The position numbers and the translations under genes were made by a program. A stretch of 64,000 bases of DNA. Source: Squalus acanthias. Its lineage: Eukaryota. Below are positions 12,165-24,644 of the stretch, piece by piece. How positions within the stretch are numbered: position 1 is the stretch's first letter; each line of letters opens with the position of its first letter. The stretch covers positions 134,046,001 to 134,110,000 of the forward strand of contig CM059432.1 in assembly GCA_030390025.1 (NCBI GenBank). Direction: 5' to 3'. Below the pieces are notes generated by a model. It did no database searches and was not told where the DNA came from. It saw nothing but the letters and a program-made list of their open reading frames with translations.

Positions 12165-15100
12165 ATGAGGTGGGCCAGGTCGACCAAGTGTCTGTGGGAG
12201 AACACTTGGGTACGAGTGATCATTGTATCATAAGATTTAGGTTAGCAATGGAGAGGAGCAAGGAACAATCTAGAGTGGAACATTTAAACTGGAATAGGGC
12301 TAACTTCATTGGGATGTGAAGGGATCTAGCCAGGGTAAAATGGAACCAAAGACTGACTGGAAAAACTGTAACGGAACAATGGGTGATCTTTAAGGAGGAG
12401 ATGTTCCAAGTACAGGCTAGGTACATTCCAACAAGAGGGAAGGGTAAGGGAACCAAAGCAAGGGCTCCTTGGATGACGAGGGAGATAGAGAAGATGATGA
12501 AACAAAAAAAGAGGGTGTATGATGCATGTCAGGTGAATTCTTCAAGGGAGAACCAGACCAAATACAATCAGTTGAGAGGGGAAGTGAAGATGAAAATAAG
12601 ATGGGCAAAGAGTGAATATGAGAGTAGAATGGCGATTAATATAAAAGGGAACCCAAAAATCTTCTACCGGCATGTAAACAGTAAGCAGGTAGTAAGAGGC
12701 GGGGTGGGGTCTATTAGCAACAAAGAAGGTGATATATGCTTAGAGGTGCAGGGCAAGGCTAGAATACTCAATGAGTACTTTGTATTGGTGTTTACTAAGG
12801 AGGTGGATGCTGACAAAATATCGGTAGCAGTGGAAAAAGTAGAAACAATGGAAGGGATGAAAATTGATGGACAGGATGTACTAGAAAGGCTGGGTATGCT
12901 TAGAGAGGATAAGTCGCCTGGTCCAGATGGCTTGCATCCCAGGTTGCTAAGGGAATTAGGGGAGGAGATAGCGGAAGGGCTTGCCATAATTTTCCAATCT
13001 TCTTTAGATGTGGGGGAGGTGCCTGAGGATTGGAAAGTGGCAAATGTGACACCATTGTTCAAGAAAGGGTATAAGGACAATCCTAGTAACTACAGGATGG
13101 TCAGTTTAAAATCAGTGGTGCGTAAAGTTTTAAAAACAATAATCAAGGAAAAAATTAACGGGCACTTGGAGAGGTTTAAGCTAATTAAGGAGAGCCAACA
13201 CGGATTTGTAAAAGGCAGATCATGTTTGACTAATCTAATTGAAGTTTTTGATGAAGTAACAGGGAGGATCGATGAAGGGAATGCAATGGATGTTGTCTAA
13301 ATGGATTTTAGGAAGGCGTTTGACAAAGTATCACATAGAAGGCTGGTTAACACAATTGAGGCTCATGGAATAGGTGGGTCAGTGGCAGCTTGGATAAGGA
13401 ATTGGCTTAAGGACAGAAAACAACGAGTTGTGGTAAATGGCTGTTTTTCAGACTGGAGGATGGTAGACAGTGGTGTTCCCCAAGGGTCAGTGCTGGGGCC
13501 ACTGCTTTTTTTTATATGTATGAATGACCTGGATATTGGAATACAAAGTAGAATTTCTAAATTTGCCGATGACACCAAAGTTGGGGGTGTGGCAAACAGT
13601 GAGGATGATACCAATCGACTGCAACAGCACATAGAAAGGCTAGCAGAATGGGCAGACAAGTGGCAGATGGAATTTAATACAGAGAAGTGTGAGGTGATGC
13701 ATTTTGGCAGAAGGAACAGGGAGAGGCAATATACACTTAATGGCACAGTTTTAAAGCGTGTGCAGGGACAGAGGACCTGGGAGTTAATGTGCATAGGTCC
13801 CTGAAGGTGGTCGGACATTTTGAGAGAGTGGTTAACAAAGCATATGGGATCTTGGGTTTCATAAATAGAGGTATTGAGTACAAAAGTAGAGAAGTTATGC
13901 TGAACCTTTATAAAGCGCTGGTTAGGCCACAACTGGAGTATTGTGTCCAGTTCTGGTCACCACACTTTAGGAAAGATGTGAAGGCCCTTGAGAGGGTGCA
14001 GAGGAAATTTACCAGAATGGTTCCGGGGATGGGGGATCTTAGCTACAAGGACAGGTTGGAGAAGCTGGATTTGTTTTCATTAGAGCAAAGGAGGTTGAGG
14101 GGTGATTTGATAGAGGTGTACAAGATTATGACGGGTTTGGATAGGCTAGACGAGGAAAAGCTGTTCCCACAAGTTGATGGTACATGGACTAGGGGACACA
14201 GATTTAAGGTTTTGGGCAAGAGATATAGGGGGAACGTGAGGAAAAACTTTTTTACGCAGCAAATGGTGAGGACCTGGAACTCGCTGCCGACGGAAGTGGT
14301 GGAAGCGGAAACACTCAGGGCTGGATTTTCTCAGCCCCGAGGAGGTGGGCATAGAGGCGGGACTGCCGGTAAAGTAGCAGAAAGTGGGAGCGGATGGCAA
14401 ACCCGCCCCCATCCCGCCTCCGTGCCCTTTTGCCAGGAGGCGGGAAGATGTGCTGCTTTGGGTCCCATCTCTTGGAGGCGGGAAAGGGATTAAATCCTTT
14501 TAACTGCCTGTTAACAGGTAGTTGACAGGCAGGAAAAAGGATTAGTGCCATTTTGCCTTCTCAGGTGAAGGCTTCCCGACCTCGGAGAACCCCGCTGGGT
14601 TGGAGGAGACGTGAAGGAGGTCCGCGGGGGTCGGAGGCACCTGGACTTAAGATGTAAAGGTGAGTGATGGGTGCAAGTGTGGAGTGGTAAGTATGTAAGG
14701 TGAGTGATAAGTGTTTAAAAATGTTCACTTACCTTGTTTTCTTCCTGCAGCCTTCATCCACCCTGGATCGGGAGACCCGACATCTTCCTTGTCGATTTCA
14801 CAGACTGGCTGTTGGATCCTCCGAACCAATAGCCATTTGAAATCGACAAAGTTGAAAGGTTTGATGAGTCCTGAACACAAGGAGTCATCAAACTACAGAG
14901 AATGTCAGTGTTTGACAGCTTCACAGAGCTGTCAAACGCTGACATTTCTTCTTTCAAGAAGTCTTGACAGATGGCACATCAGACGTTGACGTGCTGTGTC
15001 AGTGACTTCCTCCCTAATTGGCCTGCTGAGCCCGCACGGCGGGCTTAACAAGGTCAATCAGGGGAAAATCCCTCTGGTTGGTCAGACAATGGTGGAGGTG

Positions 15101-15328
15101 GGACATTGACACAACATGCAGCAGTCCCACCTCCAACTCGTCTCCATTGAGAAAATCCAGCCCTCAATGTTTTCAAGGGAAGACTGGATAGGCACTTGAG
15201 GGAAATAAACTTGCAGGGCTACGGGGATAGAGCTGGGGAATTGGACTGACTAGATTGCCCTAGAGAGAGCTGGCATGGACTCGATGGGCCGAATGGCCTC
15301 CTGTGCCGTTGTGACTCTATGACTCTAT
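12165..15328 (+). mobile_element. 5'-truncated CR1 LINE (end of APE domain + RT), few lesions, split by a MITE at 14318-15163
   Basis: Motifs GEHLGTSDH, KSPGPDG, QHGF..GRSCLTNL, DFRKAFDKV, SGVPQGSVLGP, SKFADD and WNSLP are present. There is a nonsense TAA at 13298-13300 and a frameshift near 13770. The tail is (GACTCTAT)2, and ATAAATG occurs at both ends (12161-12167, 15327-15333). Confidence 0.95.
14318..15163. mobile_element. PIF/Harbinger-type MITE
   Basis: Perfect 16-bp TIRs GGGCTGGATTTTCTCA / TGAGAAAATCCAGCCC with TSD TCA. The CR1 frame resumes after it (ETL|NVFKGRLDRHL). Confidence 0.9.
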
Positions 15329-15687
15329 AAATGTACGTATTTTTACAATGTCATGCTTAGAATGAGCAATGTTAAGAATATAACAAGAAAAGTAGTACAG
15401 ATTAAAATAGTGGGCTAAAGGAAATCACTGTACACCTGGCAGGGTGTCAAAGAACGCTTATTGGAAGGAATTTACATTGCTCACACCACCATGTTGGAAT
15501 TCACACTGATCTTATGTTTAATGTCCAAATTTTCCCTGAAAAAGAGTGTAAAAACTGGAACAAGTGGTAGGCCCTCACAACACAGGCATTAACGTCACAA
15601 AAAGAGAGAACTGTTGAATTAATAGGGAAGTAGACTGTGGAAGTCCCTGATTCTCAGATGCTGGAAATCTGGACCAACCACCTGACA

Positions 15688-16032
15688 AGTGCAGTACTGA
15701 GAGAGTGCTGCACTGTCAGACGTGCCGTCTTTCAGATGAGACATTAAACCGAGGCCCCATCTGCCCTCTCAGTTGGATGTAAGACATCCCACTGTACTAT
15801 TTTGAAGAAGAGCAGGGGAGTTCTCCCCGGAGTCTTGTCTCCCATTGAATTATCATTCAACCAACATCACTAAAACAGATTATCTGGTCATTTATCACAT
15901 TGCTGTTTGTGGGAGCTTGCTGTGTGCAGATTGGCTGCTGCGTTTCCTACATTACAACAGTGACTACACTTCAAAAGTACATTGGCTGCAAAGCACTGAG
16001 GTCATGAAAGGTGCTATTTAAATGCAAGTCTT
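15688..16032 (+). mobile_element. Deu-domain SINE, 5'-truncated
   Basis: AGTGCAGTACTGAG...GTGCCGTCTTTCAGATGAGAC...GGTGCTATTTAAATGCAAGTC. Confidence 0.85.
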
Positions 16033-17749
16033 TAAGTACCTTATGAATTGAATCGCATCATGTGTTACATCAATGTTTCCATGTACGCAGATTGTGTACA
16101 AGTGCTTCGTAATTCACGTAGTGAAAACACAATTTACGGAAATAGATATGTGCTTAGTTATTCATAATGTCCCATCTGCTCTCTTCACAAATATTGAGAA
16201 GCCAGTAGTCTTCCGAGTGCAAGAGCAGATGAACAGCCAGGACAGCACTAAATGTCATCAGCACCCAAACTGCTGTCAAATAGGAGCCCAAGTTTATTAT
16301 TTTGTGATGAGGATGAAGAAGCACAAGTCACTGGTGCTGAAGGTTTAGCAGAGTTGGTGACCGCTGAGGAACCAGGGCTGCATGGCTCTCATGAGTTGTC
16401 TCAGGATATAAACTTTAATGGGCATGTTTTCCAATAGATGATGTTACAACTCCTACACACTGCTAAGTAGGCACTTGGCTCCATATCCGCAGAAGTGAAA
16501 AAGATAGGCAAATGATTCTCTGCACTGCAATCTGACATAGTGCAGGCAGCACCTCCAACAGTAGCGGCAATGTTGACCACAGTACTGTAGGAGTAGGAGC
16601 ATCTCGCACAAATGCTGATACTGCTGCTACACATACTTTGGGGTCCAAAAATCAAGAAGCAGTCGAAGCTACCTTCAACTTGTTTGAACACCACTTACAG
16701 GTGACTACCAGAGAGCGACTCTAAGATCTCATAGGAGCCCACTCCTCAAAGCTCAGACAGATCTGTGGACCTTGTGAGGAGATGGTCTGCAGCAATGTAG
16801 CAAGTGGACAAGTGACGATGACGTCAGCAGCATTTCTGAACCACTTGAAAACCATCTGGCTTCAGCCAAAGTCAAGCCAGGCAATGTGTAAAAAGTGCAC
16901 CTCCCGATTTATGCTATAGGGGTAGAAAAAATGTCTTAACTCCTTTGAAATGCAAGTGCAAACTCGGTCTCCCATTATATTTTTACTATATAAGTAAATT
17001 ATGCATGAAAAGAAGCTGTCAGTGATTATACTGAAATTGTATTTTTTCCACTTTTTAAAAAAAAACGATCACTGTGGTTTTAAGCTTTGAGGTGATTATA
17101 AATAGGTAGAAAGCAGCTGGGTTCTTGTTCTAAAGGCCTTTTAGCTAGTTCTTTATAAATCTGTCATATTATACTTTGTTAACAGTGTCAAACAGTAGGG
17201 AGATGAAGCTTAGAAACTGACACTATACGATATTAACTTAATAACACTTAATGCATTAAGCGTTTGTGCATTAATATCACACAGAGCAATTAAAGGCTAA
17301 TATTCCATCATAAGGCTTTCATAGACTGAATACAATAGTATCAAGTATAAGCCAAATGCACCATTATCATTTTCATTTCAACTTCCCATTGTTTTCATAC
17401 AGGAAGCACTGCAATGATGTACATTATATCCAACAATTGATATCAGCTAAGAGGGTAAAGGTTGAAGAGCAATTATGTTTATAGATAAATAATTAGCAAT
17501 GTCTATTTTTCCTTGGGATCTGATTTTTTGTTTTAAAAACAAAAAATTGGAGTAATGTAGCTTTGATCATAGTTTAGGTGAGGCCATCATGTTTGACGCT
17601 ACAATATGCTACTGCAGAGACAGGGTCTGGGATCAGGAATGCACATTTTCAACCTGCCTAAACTGTTGGGCCCAGAGGAGGTGCTGCAACACTCCTCCTG
17701 CTATCCCCTTTTCCTAGCGATCGCAACAAAAGTCTGTTTCATACCATGT

Positions 17750-19830
17750 CTGAAACATCTGACTCAATTCACAGATGCAGCTGTGGAGCTGCCCCTGCAA
17801 AAGGTTAGGGACAGGAAGGAGACCCTTCTTGAAATGGAGAGAGACATTCAGCACCAACAAGGGAAGCTCACAATGAGTGGAGAGAGGGAGCCAGGGCAGT
17901 CAGGGCAAACTCCACAAACACATGCAATGCCTGACAGTGCAGGAAGGGAATACACCACCTTCCCAGGTCAAGCAAGGTAAGAGTCAGCCATATTGTTACA
18001 AGTTTCAAGTCTGACTTAGATATTCTCACCGGTACACCTTCTCACTGGTCACACCCATAAGCAATCTGAGCATCATTCAGGGTTATGCCTGTACTTTCCA
18101 ACTAATTATATGATAGAATAACCCAGGGTGCAATAATTATACTTTTGATCTGAACTGGATATTATTTTTGCCTTCGCATGTGCCCTCATGTGTGCTTCTC
18201 CAATCTTTTTGAAGATGGATTCAAAAACACTTAATGAGACAAGAAAGAAAGACTTGCACCTTTCATGACCTCACAAAGTGTTTTACAGCCAATTAAGTAC
18301 TTTTGAGGTATAATCACTATTGTAATGTAGAAAATGCAGCAGCCAATTTACACACAGCAAGCTCTCTCAAACAACAATGCAATAATGACCAGATAATCTG
18401 TTTCAGTGATGCAGGTTGAGGGATAAATATTGGCTAGGACACCTGGGATCTTTTACATCCACCTGAGAGGGCAGGTAGGGCCTCAGTTTAATATCTCATC
18501 TGAAAGGTAGCACCTCTGGCAGTGTAGCATTCCCTCCGTACTGGTACTGGAGTGTCAGCCTAGATTTTCATACTCAAGTCTCATGGAGTGGGACTTGAAC
18601 CCATATAGCCTTCTGACTCAGCAGGAAAGAATGCTACCCACTGAGCCACAGCTGACACACAAGGCAAAACAAGATATGAATCGTTAAGCTGCTTTATTTC
18701 ACTAACAGCAAGTGAATGTACACTGCATCGGTCAAAGTAAACTCCACTTACTTCACTCATTCTCACTTCTCTCCTCGAAAAATGGGGCAAAATAATGAAC
18801 CATGCACCTTGTCCCTTTCATGCACGGACTTACTTAATTTTGGCATTACCTTTCTTGCCAGATTACTTCAAACTACAAAAACTGATCTCCTGCATTTTAG
18901 CTTCCAGCTCCAGGTCGCAGCAGACTCGCAGGCTCTTCTTTACAACCTGACTGCCCCTGAACATGTTTTTTTTCCTTGTTTTTTTTGCTAATTTTCGCAC
19001 CAGGAGGCAGAGGGGCAGTAACCACAGGAATCGAATGATCCTCACCACAATGGTTGTGAATATTTGTTGGTCATCTGAGATGAGATAACAAATTGCTTAG
19101 TGTCCCTATCATCCTGGCTAATGGACTGGGATGGGACAATAGACACCCACTGTATCAGTTTGAAATAGATTGAGAGCTGTGGCAATCCACAAATTGGCTT
19201 ATCTGGCTTTAATGTACAGCTTCAATGCCAGAAGCCTATAGCCTTTTAAAAAAAAAAAATCTGTGTGAATTCATTTTCTTTTAAAACACAACATTTAAGC
19301 ATAACTCAATCCTAAAGTCCATTCTGTGAAGAAAAAATTGAACAAAAATTCTGAAATATGACATGCACTATACTAACCATGTTTGCCACTTACAATGGAC
19401 TTCCTTCACACTGTATTAAAATGCATCAATTGCTCACCATCCTGGCTAATGGACTGGAGGTACTGATGTCCTTTATACTCCCAGCCTTCACATGGAAGAG
19501 CTCATTTACTTATATCCTTAAACTTATATGCATTCACCCCACAAAAAGTCCCACATGGAATGTAATTGCCTGTTGTATACATCTCTTCTTGCAGCCATTA
19601 TGGGCTGCATGTTGATACGTAGGTGTTACTCCTTGTCATGGTCATTTTGGTTCTCTTGTTCTAGGACAAGACGGCCCATAGTAGCCGGGAGAGACCTTGG
19701 CAGTCTTGTAATCCCAGACCACAAACTCCCTAAGAGAAGGAAGCCTTGCATTATCTTGGGGAGGGAGGCAATTAATGGTATTGAAGATGGAGAAGTAGGA
19801 GAGCATATATCAGCTTAGTTTTTGTCAGAA
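17750..19830 (+). pseudogene. Decayed two-exon Harbinger Myb/SANT partner gene with later insertions
   Basis: An exon-like block QFTDAAVELPLQKVRDRKETL...QCRKGIHHLPRSSK ends at the donor AAG|GTAAGA (~17976). A second block follows the acceptor TTGTTCTAG| (~19665): DKTAHSSRERP...TP*EKEAL...GIEDGEVG. Confidence 0.45.
18241..18658 (-). mobile_element. Deu-domain SINE
   Basis: Colinear with the other copies, with internal deletions. Confidence 0.88.
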
Positions 19831-20359
19831 CATTTGCCCTTCTATTGTACCCTTCTTTAATTGTCACTGAAACACATAATAAATCACTCATGTCACGCCC
19901 TGAATATATAGTGACATAGAAACACTGCTCCTCAGGAAGCTATTCTAACCTCTCTTCATTTCCCCTTTGAATGTCAGCAGCAACAAGCAGACTCCTCAGC
20001 ATTCAGCAATGACAGAACTTTGCAGCCTGCACCTTCACTCACTCCATCCCTCTTGAGCACCAGCCTCGTGACATCCAGTCCAGGGAAGGTAGGTAGTCAG
20101 GAATGGGGGCGGGGTGGGTGGGTGCACTGGGTGAGACACGAAGTATGAGTAAGCAAGAACAACTGGTAGTGGCGCATAAGAGGAAGACATTGCTAGCTGG
20201 AGTGGTGGGAAAATCAATGGAAATAATAACCGGGAGAGGTTTTTTATGTAAAACGGGCTTTCAATTCGCTATCACCCATTTTACATTATCACACAAAGTC
20301 AATATCTACCCCATTGAGTGTTGGTGCAGGTATTTTATCAGACAAACTTCGTTCCCTAG

Positions 20360-21131
20360 CCATCTCTCTCCCTAATATCTGACTGAGGCTGAACCACACT
20401 GTTCGCAACCTTGGTGTCATGTTTGAACCTGAAATGAGCTTCCGACCACATATCCGCACCACAACTAAGACCGCCTACGTCCACCTCCATAACATCGCCC
20501 GTCTCCGCCCTTGCCTCAGCTCATCCGCTGCTGAAACCCTCATCCATGCCTTTGTTACCTCTAGACTTGACTATTCCAACGCACTCCTGGCTAGCCTCCC
20601 ACATTCTACCCTACGTAAACTTGAGATCATCCAAAACTCGGCTGCCCATGTCCTAACTCGCACCAAGTCCCGTTCACCCATCACTACTGTGCTCGCTGAC
20701 CTACATTGGCTCCTGGTTAAGCAATGCCTCGATTTCAAAATTCTCATCCTTGTTTTCAAATCCCTCCATGACCTCGCCCCTCCCTATCTCTGTAATCTCC
20801 TTCAGCCCCACAACCCCCCGAGATATCTGCGCTCCTCTAATTCTGCCCTCTTGAGCATCCCTGATTATAATCACTCCACCATTGGTGGCCATGCCTTCTG
20901 TTGCCTAGGCCCTAAGCTCTGGAATTCCCTGCCTAAACCTCTCCACCTCTCTTTCCTCCTTTAAGACGCTCCTTAAAACCTACCTCTTTGACCAAGCATT
21001 TGGTCACCTGCCCTAATTTCTCCTAATGTGGCTCGGTGTCAAATTTTTTGTCTTATAATACTCCTGTGAAGCGCCTTGGGACATTTTACTATGTTAAAGG
21101 TGCTATATAAATGCAAGTTGTTGTTGTTGTT
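20360..21131 (+). mobile_element. L2 LINE 3' fragment
   Basis: ORF 20419..20964 is the L2 ORF2 C-terminus (HAFVTSRLDYSN, QNSAA, LHWL, WNSLP). The tail is GGTGCTATATAAATGCAAG(TTG)n. Confidence 0.92.
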
Positions 21132-21696
21132 GCATATTTTACAGATGTCCCCAGTAGAGGTCTGGAATGACCCCAACATAGAAGTTAAGAGTGAAAGCGA
21201 CCTTAACAGCCAGTAACAGGTCTGTTGGCAGCCTGTGGTATAACTTGGTGAGTGTTTCATTTGGAAAGTGAAGCCTTCACAGGCTTGGTCAAATGCAGGT
21301 AGGAGCACTTCTCCTATATCCTGAGGTGTAGGGCTTCCAACAAGTGGCTGCTATACAGTGCAATCTCACCTCATCTCATTGTTCCTGCTCTTCTTCCAAG
21401 ATGCAAAGATACAGGGGAATCTCCAATGGGAAGCCTATTGTTCTATGTCTGAAAATGGTGGTGGTGGGGTGGTGGGGGGGGGAGGGTTTGTGAAAAACAG
21501 CCCCTCAGAAAATAGCGCAAAAATAAATGGAAAAATAGGTACCAACAGCAAAAAAATTCCAAAATTAACAGAATAATAAGATTTTAATAGCAATAGTAAC
21601 TGAACAAGCTGGTCTCTTTAAACCTACTTCCACCTTTAGGGTAGTACCAAGCAACCCAGGACACCAATTTTATTCTGGTATGAATAAGACTTAGCT

Positions 21697-21979
21697 GTGT
21701 CAGCCATGGCTCAGTTGGTAGCACGCTTGACTCTGAATCAGAAGGTTGTGGGTTTCAAATCACACTCAAGAGACTTGAGCACAAAATCTAGACTGACGCT
21801 ACAGTGCAGTACTGAGGGAGTGCTGCATTGTCGGAGGTGCCGTCTTTCGGATGAGACGTTAAACCGAGGCCCCATCTGTTCTCTCAGGTGGATGTAAAGA
21901 ATCCCATGGTACTATTTCAAAGAAAAGCAGGGGAGTTCTCCCCGGTGTCCTGGCTAATATATATCCCTCAACCAACATC
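21697..21979 (+). mobile_element. Deu-domain SINE, 3'-truncated at the CR1 junction
   Basis: Head and core are present; the tail is missing. Confidence 0.88.
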
Positions 21980-22232
21980 GTTAAAATGTATAAGTCTGAA
22001 GAGAAAAATCAAGGCTGTAAAACAGAATAGCGATTTGGGTAAAATTAAGCAGATTGTGTCAGGAAGGGACAATGTGATTAAAAACAATAGTAGGGCATTA
22101 GCAATTAAGGCCACATCAGGGAAAAATAGTAAAATGTTGAAATTAAAGGTGGTATATCTAAGGCACGAAGCATTTGTAACAAGATAGATGAATTAATGGC
22201 ACAAATAGAGATAAATGGGTTTGATCTAGTAG

Positions 22233-24272
22233 ACAATCAATGATCCAGAACAGCAGACAGAGGGACTCGCAGTGCAGCAACCGAAGAAAAAAGATTCAAA
22301 CTGGACCCCTCCGGAGGGTTGCTGCCCCAAGCTTGACATGTATGCTCAAGCTGTCAGGAGATGCATCAACGCCAGATTCATCAGCCGCACTCACAAGACA
22401 GTCCAGAATGTCACCCGAGCACAACGCAACGCCATCCACGCTCTCAAGACCAACCGCAACATTGTCATCAAACCAGCGGACAAAGGAGGAGCCATCGTCA
22501 TACAGAACAGAACGGACTATTGTAAAGAAGCATACCGACAACTGGACAACCAGGAACACTACAGACAGCTAACCGCAGATCCGACCAAAGAACACACCCG
22601 CCAACTCAATAGACTGATCAAGACCTTCGATCCAGACCTTCAAAACATCCTACGCGCTCTCATCCCACGTACTCCCCGCGTGGGAGACTTCTACTGCCTC
22701 CCAAAGATACACAAAGCCAACACACCCGGACGTCCTATCGTATCAGGCAATGGAACCCTGTGTGAGAACCTCTCTGGATACGTCGAGGGCATTCTGAAAC
22801 CCATCGTACAGGGAACCCCCAGCTTCTGTCGCGACACTACAGACTTCTTACAGAAACTCAGCACCCACGGACCAGTTGAACCAGGAACACTCCTTGCCAC
22901 GATGGACGTATCGGCACTCTACACCAGTATCCCCCACGATGACGGCATCGCTGCAACAGCCTCAGTACTCAACATCAACAACAGCCAATCTCCAGACGCC
23001 ATCCTACAACTCATCCGCTTCATCCTTGACCACAATGTCTTCACCTTCGACAACCATTTTTTTACCCAAACACACGGAACAGCCATGGGGACCAAATTCG
23101 CACCCCAATACGCCAACATCTTCATGCACAAGTTCGAGCAAGACTTCTTCGCTGCACAGGACCTCCAGCCAACGCTGTACACCAGATACATCGACGACAT
23201 TTTCTTCCTTTGGACCCATGGCGAAGGATCACTGAAAAGACTACACGATAACATAAACAAGTTCCATCCCACCATCAAACTCACCATGGACTACTCCTCA
23301 GAATCGGTCTCATTCCTGGACACACGAATCTCCATCAAAGACGGACACCTCAGCACTTCACTCTACCGCAAGCCCACGGACAACCTCACGATGCTCCACT
23401 TCTCCAGCTTCCACCCTAACCATGTTAAAGAAGCCATCCCCTATGGACAAGCCCTGCGAATACACAGGATCTGCTCAGACGAGGAGGAACGCGATGGACA
23501 CCTACGGACGCTGAAAAACGCCCTCGTAAGAACGGGATATGATGCTCGACTCATCGATCGACAGTTCCGACGGGCCACAGCGAAAAATCGCATAGACCTC
23601 CTCAGAAGGCAAACACGGGACACAACCAACAGGGTACCCTACGTCGTCCAGTACTTCCCCGGAGTGGAGAATCTACGCCATGTTCTTCGCAGCCTTCAAC
23701 ATGTCATCGATGACGACAAACACCTCGCTAAGGCCATCCCCACGCCTCCACTACTTGCCTTCAAACAGCCGCCTAACCTCAGAAGTACCATCGTTCGCAG
23801 CAAATTACCCAGCTTTCAGGATAACAGCGACCACGACACCACACAACCCTGCCATGGCAAACTCTGCAAGACATGCCAGATCATCAACACAGATACCACC
23901 ATCACACGTGAGGACACTACCCACCAGGTACATGGTACATACTCATGTGACTCGGCCAACGTTGTCTACCTCATACGTTGCAGGAAAGAATGCACCGCGG
24001 CATGGTACATCGGCGAGACCATGCAGACACTGAGACAACGTATGAACGAGCACCGCGCAACAATCGCCAGGCAGGATTGTTACCTCCCAGTCGGGGAACA
24101 CTTCAGCAGTCAAGGACATTCAGCCTCGGATCTGCGGGTAAGCGTTCTCCAAGGCAACCTTAGAAACACACGACAACGCAAAATCATCGAGCAGAAACTG
24201 ATAGCCAAGTTCCGCACTCATGAAGACGGTCTCAATCGGGATCTTGGGTTTATGTCACGATACATGACGTGA
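22233..24272 (+). CDS. Penelope-like reverse transcriptase + GIY-YIG endonuclease (N-terminally truncated, no internal stops)
   Basis: The frame is open from the insertion junction; the ORF track starts at GTG 22272 (666 aa). Motifs are IKPADKGGA, YCLPKIHK, GRPIVS, MDVSALYT, GTAMG, RYIDD, FLD, YRKPT, the Cys linker CHGKLCKTC, and VVYLIRC..C...YIGET...R..EH...GLN. Confidence 0.93.
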   Translation, partial: TINDPEQQTEGLAVQQPKKKDSNWTPPEGCCPKLDMYAQAVRRCINARFISRTHKTVQNVTRAQRNAIHALKTNRNIVIKPADKGGAIVIQNRTDYCKEAYRQLDNQEHYRQLTADPTKEHTRQLNRLIKTFDPDLQNILRALIPRTPRVGDFYCLPKIHKANTPGRPIVSGNGTLCENLSGYVEGILKPIVQGTPSFCRDTTDFLQKLSTHGPVEPGTLLATMDVSALYTSIPHDDGIAATASVLNINNSQSPDAILQLIRFILDHNVFTFDNHFFTQTHGTAMGTKFAPQYANIFMHKFEQDFFAAQDLQPTLYTRYIDDIFFLWTHGEGSLKRLHDNINKFHPTIKLTMDYSSESVSFLDTRISIKDGHLSTSLYRKPTDNLTMLHFSSFHPNHVKEAIPYGQALRIHRICSDEEERDGHLRTLKNALVRTGYDARLIDRQFRRATAKNRIDLLRRQTRDTTNRVPYVVQYFPGVENLRHVLRSLQHVIDDDKHLAKAIPTPPLLAFKQPPNLRSTIVRSKLPSFQDNSDHDTTQPCHGKLCKTCQIINTDTTITREDTTHQVHGTYSCDSANVVYLIRCRKECTAAWYIGETMQTLRQRMNEHRATIARQDCYLPVGEHFSSQGHSASDLRVSVLQGNLRNTRQRKIIEQKLIAKFRTHEDGLNRDLGFMSRYMT

Positions 24273-24602
24273 TCCGGACTCGAGTCGTCGTTAGCTTGTT
24301 CACAGATGTGATTCCCAGTAAAAAAGTAAAAATTTTCCCAGTAAAAAAGTAAAAATTTTAAAGCTTTTCGTTTTACATACAGACGGCAGCTTTTGACACG
24401 TTAGAACCCCTGCGACTACACCTCATTGTCTCAGTTGTATCTTGCTATGTCTTTGATGTGGTACCTTCCTGGCTGACTTAATTAACTTTATCACACCTCG
24501 GCAGATAGTCAGGATGATTTAATTTAGTGGTCTGCAATTGTAAGGTACACATGCTTTGTTTTCTATCTATATATGCTTTGGCGATTCTGTATCTAATTTA
24601 CT

Positions 24603-24644
24603 TCACCTGAGGAAGGAGCAATCGATAGCTCCGAAAGCTTGTGA
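24603..24644 (+). ncRNA. Minimal type I hammerhead ribozyme motif in the Penelope pseudo-LTR
   Basis: TCAC-CTGAGGA-A-GGAGC-AATCGATA-GCTCC-GAAA-GCTT-GTGA: stem I TCAC/GTGA, CUGAnGA box, stem II GGAGC/GCTCC, GAAA box and palindromic AAGCTT in place of stem III. Confidence 0.85.

Noticed and set aside
12664..13932. Long antisense ORFs over CR1, L2 and Penelope coding regions
   Set aside because: They are shadow frames of retroelement ORFs.
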